DNA of 64,000 bases from contig JAXHNB010000005.1 in NCBI GenBank assembly GCA_034520945.1, positions 416,001 through 480,000 on the forward strand. Reading direction: 5' to 3'. The notes beneath the pieces were generated by a model, which saw nothing but the letters and a program-made list of their open reading frames with translations, made no database searches and was not told the DNA's origin. A program made the position numbers and the translations under genes. Of the stretch, positions 9,875 through 18,257 are shown piece after piece; the stretch's first letter is position 1, and every line of letters begins with the position of its first letter. The DNA comes from Trueperaceae bacterium. GTDB lineage: Bacteria > Deinococcota > Deinococci > Deinococcales > Trueperaceae.

Positions 9875-11008
9875 ATGGCGATCCTGCGCATGAATCGCGA
9901 CGCGCTCCGCCACAACTACGCGGAGCTGGAGAGGCGCATGGCCGGTCACGGCGTGTCGTACGGCGTGGTGACCAAGCTTCTCTGCGGCAACGAGGCGTTC
10001 CTGCGGGAGGTGCTGGCCCTCGGATCCTCCCACGTGATGGACGCCCGCACCAGCAACCTGCGGACCATCAAGGGCATCGATCCCGACGCCCGCACCGTCT
10101 ACATCAAGCCGCCCGCCCACGGCAACGTCGAAGACGTGGTCCGCTGGGCCGACGTGAGCTTCAACACCGAGCTGGCCACGCTTGGGGCGCTGGACGCCGA
10201 GGCGGCACGTCAGGGGGTGCGGCACGGCGTGGTGGTGATGGTCGAGATGGGCGACCTGCGCGAGGGCGTGATGCGCGAACGGTTGGTCGAGTTCGTCGGC
10301 CAGGCGTTGCGCTTCGAGAACCTCGATCTGAAGGGCATCGGCACCAACTTCAACTGCCTGAACGGCACCGTTCCCAGCGAAGACAAGCTGTGGCAGCTGG
10401 CCCTGTTCCGGGAACTGGTCGAGCTCCGCTACGGCGTGGAGCTCGCCTGGGTGTCCGGCGGCACCAGCGTGGCGCTTCCCATGCTGTTCGCCGGGCAGGT
10501 GCCCAGCGCCGTCAACCACTACCGCATCGGCGAGAGCCTGTTCTTCGGGGCCGACCTGGTGCGCGGCGAGACGTTCGAAGGCATGCGTGACGACGTGTTC
10601 GAGCTCGAAGCCGAGGTGATCGAGGTTCGCGACAAGCCGTCCGAACCGTCGGGCCCCTTCGGCGACGACCCGTTCGGTCAGCGGCACCAGGCGAGCGATG
10701 GCCCGGTCGGCACCGCACGGCGCGCCATCCTGGACGTGGGGTGGTTGGACCTCGAAGCCGAGTTCCTCACCCCTCAGGACGAGGGCGTCGAGATCGTCGA
10801 CATGAGCAGCGACATGACGGTCGTCGACGTGGGGCGGCGCACGAGGCCGACCCGCGTGGGGGACCGGTTGCGCTTCGGTCTTCGCTACATGGGGGCGCTC
10901 AAACTGCTGAACTCGGACTACATCGACAAGGTCGTGACCGAGAAGGAGGGCGCGGACGCCGAAGCGACCGTGACGCCGGAGGGCAGCACCGTCCCCAAGG
11001 GCCGCTGA
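9875..11008 (+). CDS. Alanine/ornithine racemase-family PLP enzyme (Orr-like)
   Basis: PLP lysine in GVVTKLLCG; EMGDLREG, GTNFNC, SGGTS, RIGESLFFG, EVRDKPS and SSDM match the ornithine-racemase-like fold-type III pattern. Confidence 0.88.
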   Translation: MAILRMNRDALRHNYAELERRMAGHGVSYGVVTKLLCGNEAFLREVLALGSSHVMDARTSNLRTIKGIDPDARTVYIKPPAHGNVEDVVRWADVSFNTELATLGALDAEAARQGVRHGVVVMVEMGDLREGVMRERLVEFVGQALRFENLDLKGIGTNFNCLNGTVPSEDKLWQLALFRELVELRYGVELAWVSGGTSVALPMLFAGQVPSAVNHYRIGESLFFGADLVRGETFEGMRDDVFELEAEVIEVRDKPSEPSGPFGDDPFGQRHQASDGPVGTARRAILDVGWLDLEAEFLTPQDEGVEIVDMSSDMTVVDVGRRTRPTRVGDRLRFGLRYMGALKLLNSDYIDKVVTEKEGADAEATVTPEGSTVPKGR

Positions 11009-11043
11009 GGGGCCCGGCCGGAGCCGTTCCCCCCGCCCCCGGT

Positions 11044-11709
11044 CTACGCCGGCAGGTCTGGTGCGTGCGGCGTGACGTGTCCGTCCACGCGAGCCACGCG
11101 CGTGATGCCGCCGCCCGCGAGGACGCGCACCTCGCGCCGTTCCCCCAGAATCGCTTCGGCGCGGGCGGAGACGTCCGGGGAGGCGGGCGCGTCGTCCGCA
11201 GCCTGGACCAGGACCGGCGCGGGCGTGGCGTGCACGGAACCCGTCGCGCGGGCGCGGGCCAACACGCGGTCGTCCGACCACGCGTCCGCCCAGGTGGCGC
11301 GCAGGGCCAGCAGCGCCGGTCGGCCCCTCGGCTCGACCCGCCCGGCCGTCCCCGGGCGGCGCACCCGCACGGGCGACGGGAACCGTTCGAGTCGGTCGTA
11401 GAACGCGTCGATCCACGTATCCAACACCACGTGCTCGCGCAGCAGCGCGCGCGCCCGCGGCGCCAGCTCCTCGACGTCGTCCTCGTCCGGGTCGACCGGG
11501 TCCAGCGTCTCGAACAGCGCCTCCAGGCGGTGTGGCAGGCCGTTCAGGCGGTAGAACGTTGCCTCGGCGGCGGCCGGGACCCACAGGATCGGAGCCAGGG
11601 GCAACCCGCCTGCGGCCAGCGCGGCCAGCTCGGCCGGTTCGCCCGCCACGGCGGGCGGGCCGGCCCGCCCGATCAGGAAGGCGGCTGCGTCCTCGGGGGG
11701 TCCGTCCAT
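11044..11709 (-). CDS. Hypothetical protein resembling a degenerate PEP-synthase/PPDK N-terminal domain
   Basis: LAAGGLPLAP..VPA, VRVRR and RATWADAW pattern; TAGGGT 6 nt before the ATG. Confidence 0.55.
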   Translation of the reverse strand: MDGPPEDAAAFLIGRAGPPAVAGEPAELAALAAGGLPLAPILWVPAAAEATFYRLNGLPHRLEALFETLDPVDPDEDDVEELAPRARALLREHVVLDTWIDAFYDRLERFPSPVRVRRPGTAGRVEPRGRPALLALRATWADAWSDDRVLARARATGSVHATPAPVLVQAADDAPASPDVSARAEAILGERREVRVLAGGGITRVARVDGHVTPHAPDLPA

Positions 11710-11803
11710 GCAGCCACCCTATCCGCCCAGCGGAGGCGCGGGACGTGGTGTGGGGTTCGGTGGGCCGCACGGGCCCCGGAACGGCCGTGGTAGCGTCACG
11801 GGC

Positions 11804-13075
11804 GTGAACGAGGGAGCTTCCGACCGACGCGGATGGCGCCGTGTCGGCGTGGCATTGGGCGTGGGATGGCTCGTGCTGCTCGGGGTGGCGCTGGCGGCCG
11901 CCGTGACCGCGCGCGGCTACTTCGAGGTCGAGGAGGTTCGCACACCGGAACTCGAAGGGTTACGGCTCCCCGAGGCCTCTCGGTTGGCGGAACGCGCCGG
12001 CCTCACCCTGCGCAGCTACCCGGTCGAGGCGCCCGAGCTCCCCGCGGACACCATCACCGAGCAAGCGCCTCCGCCGGGCACGGTGGTGCGCGCCGGCCGT
12101 AGGATCAGCGTGGGCGTCAACGTGCCCGCGGAGGTCGACCGCATGCCTGACCTGGTGGGGCTGTCCGTGAACGACGCGGCGGCCACGCTCGAACGTTTGG
12201 CGTTGCCGGCGCCCGACGTCGTCTACGTCTCGGGCGAGGGCGAACCGGGTCGCGTGGTGCGCCAGACGCCGGCCGCGGGCAGCGCGGCCGGCGCACGCGA
12301 GGAGGTCGAGTTGGAGGTCGGTCGCGGCGCCGATCCCTCGCCCGTCGAGCTGCCCGATCTGGTCGGGATGAACGTCGACCAGGCACGCAGGGCGTTGGCG
12401 GCGTTGGGGGTGCGACGCGTCGAGGCGGTGGCCTCCGACGTGAGCGCACTGTCGGCGGGGTCGGTCACGCAGCAACGACCGGCGGCTGGCACCGTGATCG
12501 AGCGCGGCCGGCCGGTCTTGCTGGGGTACGCGTTGGAGGGCCGGCAGGTCGCCGAGGTGCCCGACGTGGCGGGGATGGAGCCGTGGCGGGCCCGCGTGGC
12601 GCTGCGGTCCGCGGGCCTCGAACTCGGTCCCATCGAGGTGGTGCACCGCGACGACACCCCCGAGGGGGTGGTCGCCGCGCGCCCGTCGGGGCTGACACCG
12701 GTGGGCACGCCCGTGTTTTTGGTGGTCAACACGGCGCCCGGGACGGAGGTGGACCTCGGTGACGAGCCGGACATCGGAGCGCGCGACGCCCGGGCGGATT
12801 TGGACGAGGACGAGGGCGACGACGGGGACGACGCGTCGCCCGGCGGTCGGCGGGTGCCGTTCCGGTTCGACCCGAACGAGCTCGGCATCCGCAGCCTGAT
12901 GAACAGCGACTACCACCTGCGCCTGGTGGTGTCCGACGCCGAGGGGGAACGCACCGTTCTGGACGAGACGCTCCGTGCCGGCGAACCGATCCGGTCCAGC
13001 GTCACCGTGCACGGCGACGAGCCGTTGCTCCAAACCTACGTCAACGGGGTGTTCTTCCAGGCATGGCGGCCGTGA
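11804..13075 (+). CDS. Multi-PASTA domain membrane protein
   Basis: N-terminal TM helix and about 4 repeats of PxLxG...Q.P..G; no kinase domain; TAGCGT box. Confidence 0.88.
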   Translation: MNEGASDRRGWRRVGVALGVGWLVLLGVALAAAVTARGYFEVEEVRTPELEGLRLPEASRLAERAGLTLRSYPVEAPELPADTITEQAPPPGTVVRAGRRISVGVNVPAEVDRMPDLVGLSVNDAAATLERLALPAPDVVYVSGEGEPGRVVRQTPAAGSAAGAREEVELEVGRGADPSPVELPDLVGMNVDQARRALAALGVRRVEAVASDVSALSAGSVTQQRPAAGTVIERGRPVLLGYALEGRQVAEVPDVAGMEPWRARVALRSAGLELGPIEVVHRDDTPEGVVAARPSGLTPVGTPVFLVVNTAPGTEVDLGDEPDIGARDARADLDEDEGDDGDDASPGGRRVPFRFDPNELGIRSLMNSDYHLRLVVSDAEGERTVLDETLRAGEPIRSSVTVHGDEPLLQTYVNGVFFQAWRP

Positions 13076-13189
13076 GCCGACGCCGGGTGGAGGCGCCGAG
13101 TGTACGATTTCGCAGCCCGCCGTGGAGCAGGCTCGTCACACTGAACCGTGTCCGGCGTCCCTCGCGGGGGCCGTCACGAGGAGGATTCC

Positions 13190-14581
13190 GTGGTTGATCC
13201 CGAGATCGCCCCGCTGGCACAGCGCCTAGCGGAGGAGAACAACGTCGATTGGCGCACCCTGCGCGGCACCGGTACGGACGGGCGGATCGTCGAACGCGAC
13301 GTGCTCGCCTACCTCGCGCGGGTCATGGCCGGCGAGGAGGACGTGGACCCCACGCCCGAGCCCCTTCCCGAGGGGTTGGAGGCCTGGCCCGAGGAGGACC
13401 CGTCCCCGTCGCGGCCGGAGGCGGGGCCGGCCGGCCCCGAGGACGCGGCCACGGCCACCCAGGCCGAGCGGGACGACGAGCTGCTCCTGGCCGGCGACGA
13501 TCTCGCGGAGGGGCCCGCGCACGACGATGGACTGCTGGTGGGGGACGGCGAGGCCCCGGACGATGCCGCGGCGTCGGAACGACGCTTCGACGACGGACCC
13601 GCGCTGTTCGACGACGAGGCCTACGGGGCCGACGCCGGCGGCGACGACGCCTACCCGCCCGCCCCCGACGACGCCGGCGAGGGGGCGCCGGATCTCTTCG
13701 ACGGCGACCTCCAGTGGGAGGACGAAGCGCCTGCCGCAGCGGAACCCGCCTTCGACGCCGGCGCGTCCGCGCAGGACGACGGGCGGAGCGAGGGCGACGG
13801 GCGGAGCGAGGGCGACGCCGGCTTCGATTTCGGTGGGTTCCCCGGCGAGGACGTGGCCGCCCCAGCGGACGCCGGGCCGGAGCCCGCCCGCGACGCAGGG
13901 GGCGTGGACGGATCGCTCGACGACGAAGCGCCGGTCGCCCCCGCGGGCGTCGGCGACGCGACCGAGGTCGGGCACGGCCCCCCGTTGGACGAGGTGGACG
14001 CGGATGGACCGGCGGTCGCCCCCGCCGTGGCGCCGGCGGCGTCGGGTGCGACCGAAGCGGCGGCGTCGGCGCTGCCGCTGGCGCGCACCCGCCAGGTGTT
14101 GCGGCGCCACGTGGCGCTGGGCGCCGCGTTCGCGGCCCAGCGCGCCGTCGTGCGGGAGGGGGGCACGGAAGGCACGGCCGTCGCCGCCCTGCTGGCCGCG
14201 GCGGTGCGCCACGCGGGCGCGCCGTTCGGGGAGGGACGCGTCGCCGTCGCGCGGTTCACGGACGGCGGTGCCCTGGAAGCGGTCGCGGTTGCGCCCCGGG
14301 GGTTGGCCGCCATCTCCCGCGGGCTGGCGGACGATCCGGCCGCGGACGACCCCGACGGGGTCGATCTGTGGCTGAGCGACCTGAGCGCGCTGGATCTGGA
14401 CGACGTGGTGCTCGACGTGGCGGCCCCGCAACTCACCTTGGGCCGGGTCCTCCGCGACGGCGACGACGGCACTGCCTACGCCACGTTGGCCCTGAGCGGC
14501 GACGTGGACACCCGCGAGGGCGCGTCGTTCCTGGCGCGCGTCGCGGAACGGATCGAGGATCCGCTGCGTCTGCTCACGTGA
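13190..14581 (+). CDS. E3-binding (PSBD) domain protein with a long acidic linker and a degenerate E2-acyltransferase-like C-terminus
   Basis: PLAQRLAEE..VD...L.GTG.DGRI..RDV motif; AGGAGG SD; D/E-rich middle region. Confidence 0.8.
   Translation: MVDPEIAPLAQRLAEENNVDWRTLRGTGTDGRIVERDVLAYLARVMAGEEDVDPTPEPLPEGLEAWPEEDPSPSRPEAGPAGPEDAATATQAERDDELLLAGDDLAEGPAHDDGLLVGDGEAPDDAAASERRFDDGPALFDDEAYGADAGGDDAYPPAPDDAGEGAPDLFDGDLQWEDEAPAAAEPAFDAGASAQDDGRSEGDGRSEGDAGFDFGGFPGEDVAAPADAGPEPARDAGGVDGSLDDEAPVAPAGVGDATEVGHGPPLDEVDADGPAVAPAVAPAASGATEAAASALPLARTRQVLRRHVALGAAFAAQRAVVREGGTEGTAVAALLAAAVRHAGAPFGEGRVAVARFTDGGALEAVAVAPRGLAAISRGLADDPAADDPDGVDLWLSDLSALDLDDVVLDVAAPQLTLGRVLRDGDDGTAYATLALSGDVDTREGASFLARVAERIEDPLRLLT
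13778..13813 (+). repeat. In-frame 18-bp tandem duplication (DGRSEG x2)
   Basis: gacgggcggagcgagggc repeated twice. Confidence 0.9.
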
Positions 14582-14614
14582 CCGACCGGCCCGCGCGGGG
14601 GCCCCGCCGCGGGC

Positions 14615-14863
14615 TCAGGCATGCTCGGGCGGCGGGAGCAACCACCACAGCAGCAGGTAGCCGCCGGCCGTCAACCCCAGCGACAACGGTACCGACGCCA
14701 CGAACAGGACGCGCACCGTACGCGGGTTCGCGCCGGTGAACGCCGCGATGCCGCCCGCCACGCCGGCCAGGCGCCGGTCGGTGGCGCTCCTGGTGAGGCG
14801 TTCGGCCCCGTGGGGACGCCGGGCTCGGCGTTGCTCGTGGAGAAGCGGGTCGGGTCGGCTCAC
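14615..14863 (-). CDS. PspC domain protein
   Basis: RLTRS..DRRLAGVAGGIA..G....VRVLFV and YLLLWWLLP; GTGA overlap with the upstream gene. Confidence 0.88.
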   Translation of the reverse strand: MSRPDPLLHEQRRARRPHGAERLTRSATDRRLAGVAGGIAAFTGANPRTVRVLFVASVPLSLGLTAGGYLLLWWLLPPPEHA

Positions 14864-15213
14864 GGGCGCTCCGAGGCCGGCGGCGCCAGGTGCGGAATGC
14901 GGGGTCGCTCGTCGGGCGTGCGCAGGGCATGGTGCACGCGCGCCTCGAGTTCGCGCACGTCCACCCCACGGTGCCCGTCCGGCACCAGCGCCAGGTGGGC
15001 CAGCGCCTTGGCATGATTGCGCCGGCCGCCACGGGGGCTGCCCATCGCCCGCGCCTTGTGCAGCGCCGCGGCCAACAGGATCACCCCGGCCAAAAACTCG
15101 CGTTCGGTGTCCTCGGCGCGCAGCCAAGCCGGTTCCAGCACCTCGTGCGCGTCCCAGTACGCGCCCGCCTCGAACAGGGCGACGCCTTCGTTCCATGCCT
15201 CCAGATCGACCAC
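14860..15213 (-). CDS. DUF309 domain protein
   Basis: GVALFEAGAYWDAHEVLEPAW and GVILLAAALHK; TATGCT box before the GTG. Confidence 0.85.
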   Translation of the reverse strand: MVDLEAWNEGVALFEAGAYWDAHEVLEPAWLRAEDTEREFLAGVILLAAALHKARAMGSPRGGRRNHAKALAHLALVPDGHRGVDVRELEARVHHALRTPDERPRIPHLAPPASERP

Positions 15214-15256
15214 GCCTGAGCATAGCGTCCGCAGGGGCCGCGGTAGCATGGGCGCC

Positions 15257-15835
15257 GTGAACCAGCCGGCCCCCCAGCGCCTGGTCGTCGGCGTCAGCGG
15301 CGGCAGCGGCACGATCTACGCCTTCGACCTCCTGCGCGCCCTGGAACCCAGCGAGCTGGAGACGCATCTCGTCGTCACCGCCGGCGCCAAGCAGGTGCTC
15401 GCCAGCGAGCCCGAGGGTGACCTCCGGTCGCTGGGCGCGCTGGCGGACGTGGTGCACGACGACCGCGACCTCGGCGCGTCCATCGCGTCGGGATCGTTTC
15501 GCGCCCACGCCATGGTGGTGGTGCCGTGCAGCGCCGGCACGCTGGCCAAGATCGCGCTGGGCATGACGGACAATCTGGTGTCGCGCGCGGCGCACGTCGC
15601 GCTGAAGGAGCGGCGCCCCCTTCTGCTGGTGGTGCGCGAAGCGCCCTACTCGCGCCCGATGATGGACAACATGCTGCGCGCGCACGACGGGGGGGCGACG
15701 ATCCTGCCGGCGTCGCCCGGCTTCTACCACCGACCCAGGGACGTGTCCGAGCTGATCGGTTCGGTGACCGCCCGGGTGCTGGACCACCTCGGGGTGCCGC
15801 ACGACCGCAGCCCCCGCTGGAAGGACCCGGCGTGA
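15257..15835 (+). CDS. ubiX: Flavin prenyltransferase UbiX
   Basis: GVSGGSG, IASGSF, VPCS.GTLA.IA.G..DNL..RAA..LKERR, REAP and PASPGFY motifs. Confidence 0.95.
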   Translation: MNQPAPQRLVVGVSGGSGTIYAFDLLRALEPSELETHLVVTAGAKQVLASEPEGDLRSLGALADVVHDDRDLGASIASGSFRAHAMVVVPCSAGTLAKIALGMTDNLVSRAAHVALKERRPLLLVVREAPYSRPMMDNMLRAHDGGATILPASPGFYHRPRDVSELIGSVTARVLDHLGVPHDRSPRWKDPA

Positions 15836-16506
15836 GTCGCGTCGCCGTGCTGATCCCGGCGGCGGGGGAGGGACGGCGCCTGGGCCTGGGCCCCAAGGCG
15901 TTCGTGCGGGTGGGCGGCACGGCGTTGCTGGCGCACGTCGCGCGGTCGTTCCAAGGCGTGGCGGACGAGCTGCTGATCGCCGTACCGCCGGGCCGCGAGG
16001 CGGAGGCGGCCGCGCTGGCGCCCCTCGCGGAGGTCCTGCCGGGCGGCGACACGCGTCAGGACACGGTACGGGCGTTGCTGGCCCGGACCCGAGCCGACGT
16101 GGTGCTCGTGCACGACGTTGCCCGACCGTTCGCCCCGCCGGCCGCGACGGCGCGGGTTCTCGCCGCCGCGCAGAATGACGGTGCGGCCAGTGCCGTGCTG
16201 GACGTCGCCGACACCCTGCACGACGCGACGCTGGACCGAGCCGTGCCCCGCGAGGCGTTGCGTCTGGTCCAGACGCCCCAAGCGTTCGAGCGGGCCCTGC
16301 TGCAGCGCGCGCACGAACGGGCCCGGGCGCACGGCCTGTACGGCACCGACGACGCGCAACTGGTGCGTGCGCTGCCGCACGCCGTCACCTTGGTGGCGGG
16401 AAGCCCGCTGTCGCACAAACTGACCGGCCCGGCCGACCTGGAGTTGCTGGAGGCCCTCGCGCACGGTCTGGGGTTCACGGCGCCGCGGGACGTCGCGCCC
16501 CGGTGA
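15832..16506 (+). CDS. ispD: 2-C-methyl-D-erythritol 4-phosphate cytidylyltransferase
   Basis: PAAGEGRRLG..PKA, GGDTRQ, VHDVARP, QTPQAF, TDD and KLT motifs. Confidence 0.95.
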   Translation: MSRVAVLIPAAGEGRRLGLGPKAFVRVGGTALLAHVARSFQGVADELLIAVPPGREAEAAALAPLAEVLPGGDTRQDTVRALLARTRADVVLVHDVARPFAPPAATARVLAAAQNDGAASAVLDVADTLHDATLDRAVPREALRLVQTPQAFERALLQRAHERARAHGLYGTDDAQLVRALPHAVTLVAGSPLSHKLTGPADLELLEALAHGLGFTAPRDVAPR

Positions 16507-17432
16507 GGGCCCCGGAGGCACGGCGCCTCATCGCACCCGCGAAGGTGAACCTCGGCCTGCGCGTGGCCGCCAAGCGGGGGGACGGCTACCATGAGATCGA
16601 CACGGTGTTTTTGGCGTTGGACCTGCACGACGACGTGCAGGTGACGCGGACGGACGGCCCCGGCATCGACGGGGAGGTCCAAAACGACCCGCCCGGGGCG
16701 CACGGCGCCGTGCCCGGCATGCACGACGGCAACCTGGCGTACCGCGCGGCCGAAGCCTGGCTTCGCGCCACGGGCCACGACGCGGGCGTGCGGATCGTGC
16801 TCCGCAAGCGCATCCCGGTGGCGGCCGGCCTCGGCGGCGGCAGCAGCGACGCGGGCGCCGTTCTGCGTGCCTTGGCGGAGATCCTCCCGGGCGAGGCGAA
16901 GGCGACCGACGTGGCGCGCGAGGTGGGGAGCGACGTGCCGTTCTTCGCCGCGGGGCTGCCGGCGGCCCGCGGCCGCGGGCGCGGCGAGCGCTTGGCGGAG
17001 ATGGCGTTGACGCCGCGCGACCTGGTGCTGGTCCATCCGGGCGTGCGGGTCTCGGCCGCTGACGCCTACGCGGCGCTGTCGTCGTTCGGGCCGCCCACCG
17101 ATGCCGAGGGGCTTCGGTGGGCCTGGAACGCCGGCGAGGTCCCGCGTTGGCGCAACGACCTGCAGGCGGCCGTCGCCCGGCTGCAACCAGGCGTGCGCGA
17201 TGTGCTGCGTGCCCTGTTGGAGGTGGAGCTCCAGGCGCCGCTGCTGAGCGGGTCGGGCGCGACCTGCTTCGCGTTGGCGCGCGACGGGGCGCATGCCCGC
17301 GACGCCGCGGCCGTGATCGAAGAGGCGCACCCGGGTTGGTGGTGCGCGCCGGCGCGTGGTCCCGTGGAGGCCGCCGCGCTGGTGCCGCGCCCCGTGAACA
17401 TCGAGGAGGACGGCACGCCGCCCAGCCCGTAG
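16503..17432 (+). CDS. ispE: 4-diphosphocytidyl-2-C-methyl-D-erythritol kinase
   Basis: APAKVNL, GYHE, KRIPVAAGLGGGSSDA, GSDVPFF and LSGSG motifs. Confidence 0.96.
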   Translation: MRAPEARRLIAPAKVNLGLRVAAKRGDGYHEIDTVFLALDLHDDVQVTRTDGPGIDGEVQNDPPGAHGAVPGMHDGNLAYRAAEAWLRATGHDAGVRIVLRKRIPVAAGLGGGSSDAGAVLRALAEILPGEAKATDVAREVGSDVPFFAAGLPAARGRGRGERLAEMALTPRDLVLVHPGVRVSAADAYAALSSFGPPTDAEGLRWAWNAGEVPRWRNDLQAAVARLQPGVRDVLRALLEVELQAPLLSGSGATCFALARDGAHARDAAAVIEEAHPGWWCAPARGPVEAAALVPRPVNIEEDGTPPSP

Positions 17433-17435
17433 GCG

Positions 17436-18188
17436 TCAGACGATGTGCTCCTTGCCGGGGTTCGGCACCGGCTCCAGGGCGGCCGGGTTGGGGCAGGTAC
17501 GCGCGTCGCGGCGAACTCTCGCGGCGGCCCAATGGGCGGCCTGCACCACGATGCGGCGGATCTCGGGGTGATGGTAGGTGGGGTAGGTCTCGTGGCCGGG
17601 CCGGAAGTACACCACCCGGCCGAGCCCGCGCCGCCAGGTGCACAGGCTCCGGAACACCTCGCCGCCCTGGAACCAGCTCAGCATCAGGAGCTCGTCCGGT
17701 TCCGGCACGTCGAAGCGTTCGCCGTACATCTCCTCGCGCTCCAGCTCGATCCGGTCCGGCACGTCCGCCAGGATGGGGTGGTCGGGACGCAGGTTCCAGA
17801 GGCGCTCCTTCTCGTCGGCCTCGCGCCAGCACAGCGTCCCGTGCGTGCCGAGCACGCGCTTGAACGGCTTGGACATGTGCCCCGAGTGCAGCACGATCAG
17901 GCCCATGCCGGACAGCACCGCCTCGTGCACCAGCGTCGCCGCCTCGTCGCTCACCTCGTGATGCGCCTTGTGGCCCCACCACAGCAGCACGTCGGTGTCG
18001 GCCAGGCGTTCCTCGGAAAGCCCGTGCCCCTCCTCGCGCAGCGTGGCGGTGGAGACGTCGAAGCCGCCGCGCTCGGCGAACGCGCCGGCCAGCGCCCCGT
18101 GGATGCCGTCCGGGTACAGCCCGCGAACCTCGGCGTTCTCGGTCTCGTGGAGGTACTCGTTCCAGATCAGGACTCGGATGTCGGGCAT
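17436..18188 (-). CDS. thuA: ThuA (trehalose utilisation) family protein
   Basis: WNEYLHE, YPDGIH, LLWWGHKAH, LHSGH, EMYGE and FRPGHETYP motifs. Confidence 0.9.
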   Translation of the reverse strand: MPDIRVLIWNEYLHETENAEVRGLYPDGIHGALAGAFAERGGFDVSTATLREEGHGLSEERLADTDVLLWWGHKAHHEVSDEAATLVHEAVLSGMGLIVLHSGHMSKPFKRVLGTHGTLCWREADEKERLWNLRPDHPILADVPDRIELEREEMYGERFDVPEPDELLMLSWFQGGEVFRSLCTWRRGLGRVVYFRPGHETYPTYHHPEIRRIVVQAAHWAAARVRRDARTCPNPAALEPVPNPGKEHIV

Positions 18189-18217
18189 GCCGTCCTCCTT
18201 CGCCCGTCCCAGCCTAC

Positions 18218-18253
18218 CCTGCCCGTCGTGCCGCCGGCGGCACGACGGGCAGG
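18218..18253. repeat. Perfect 36-bp spacer-less palindrome
   Basis: cctgcccgtcgtgccgcc|ggcggcacgacgggcagg is its own reverse complement. Confidence 0.9.
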
Positions 18254-18257
18254 CGCG

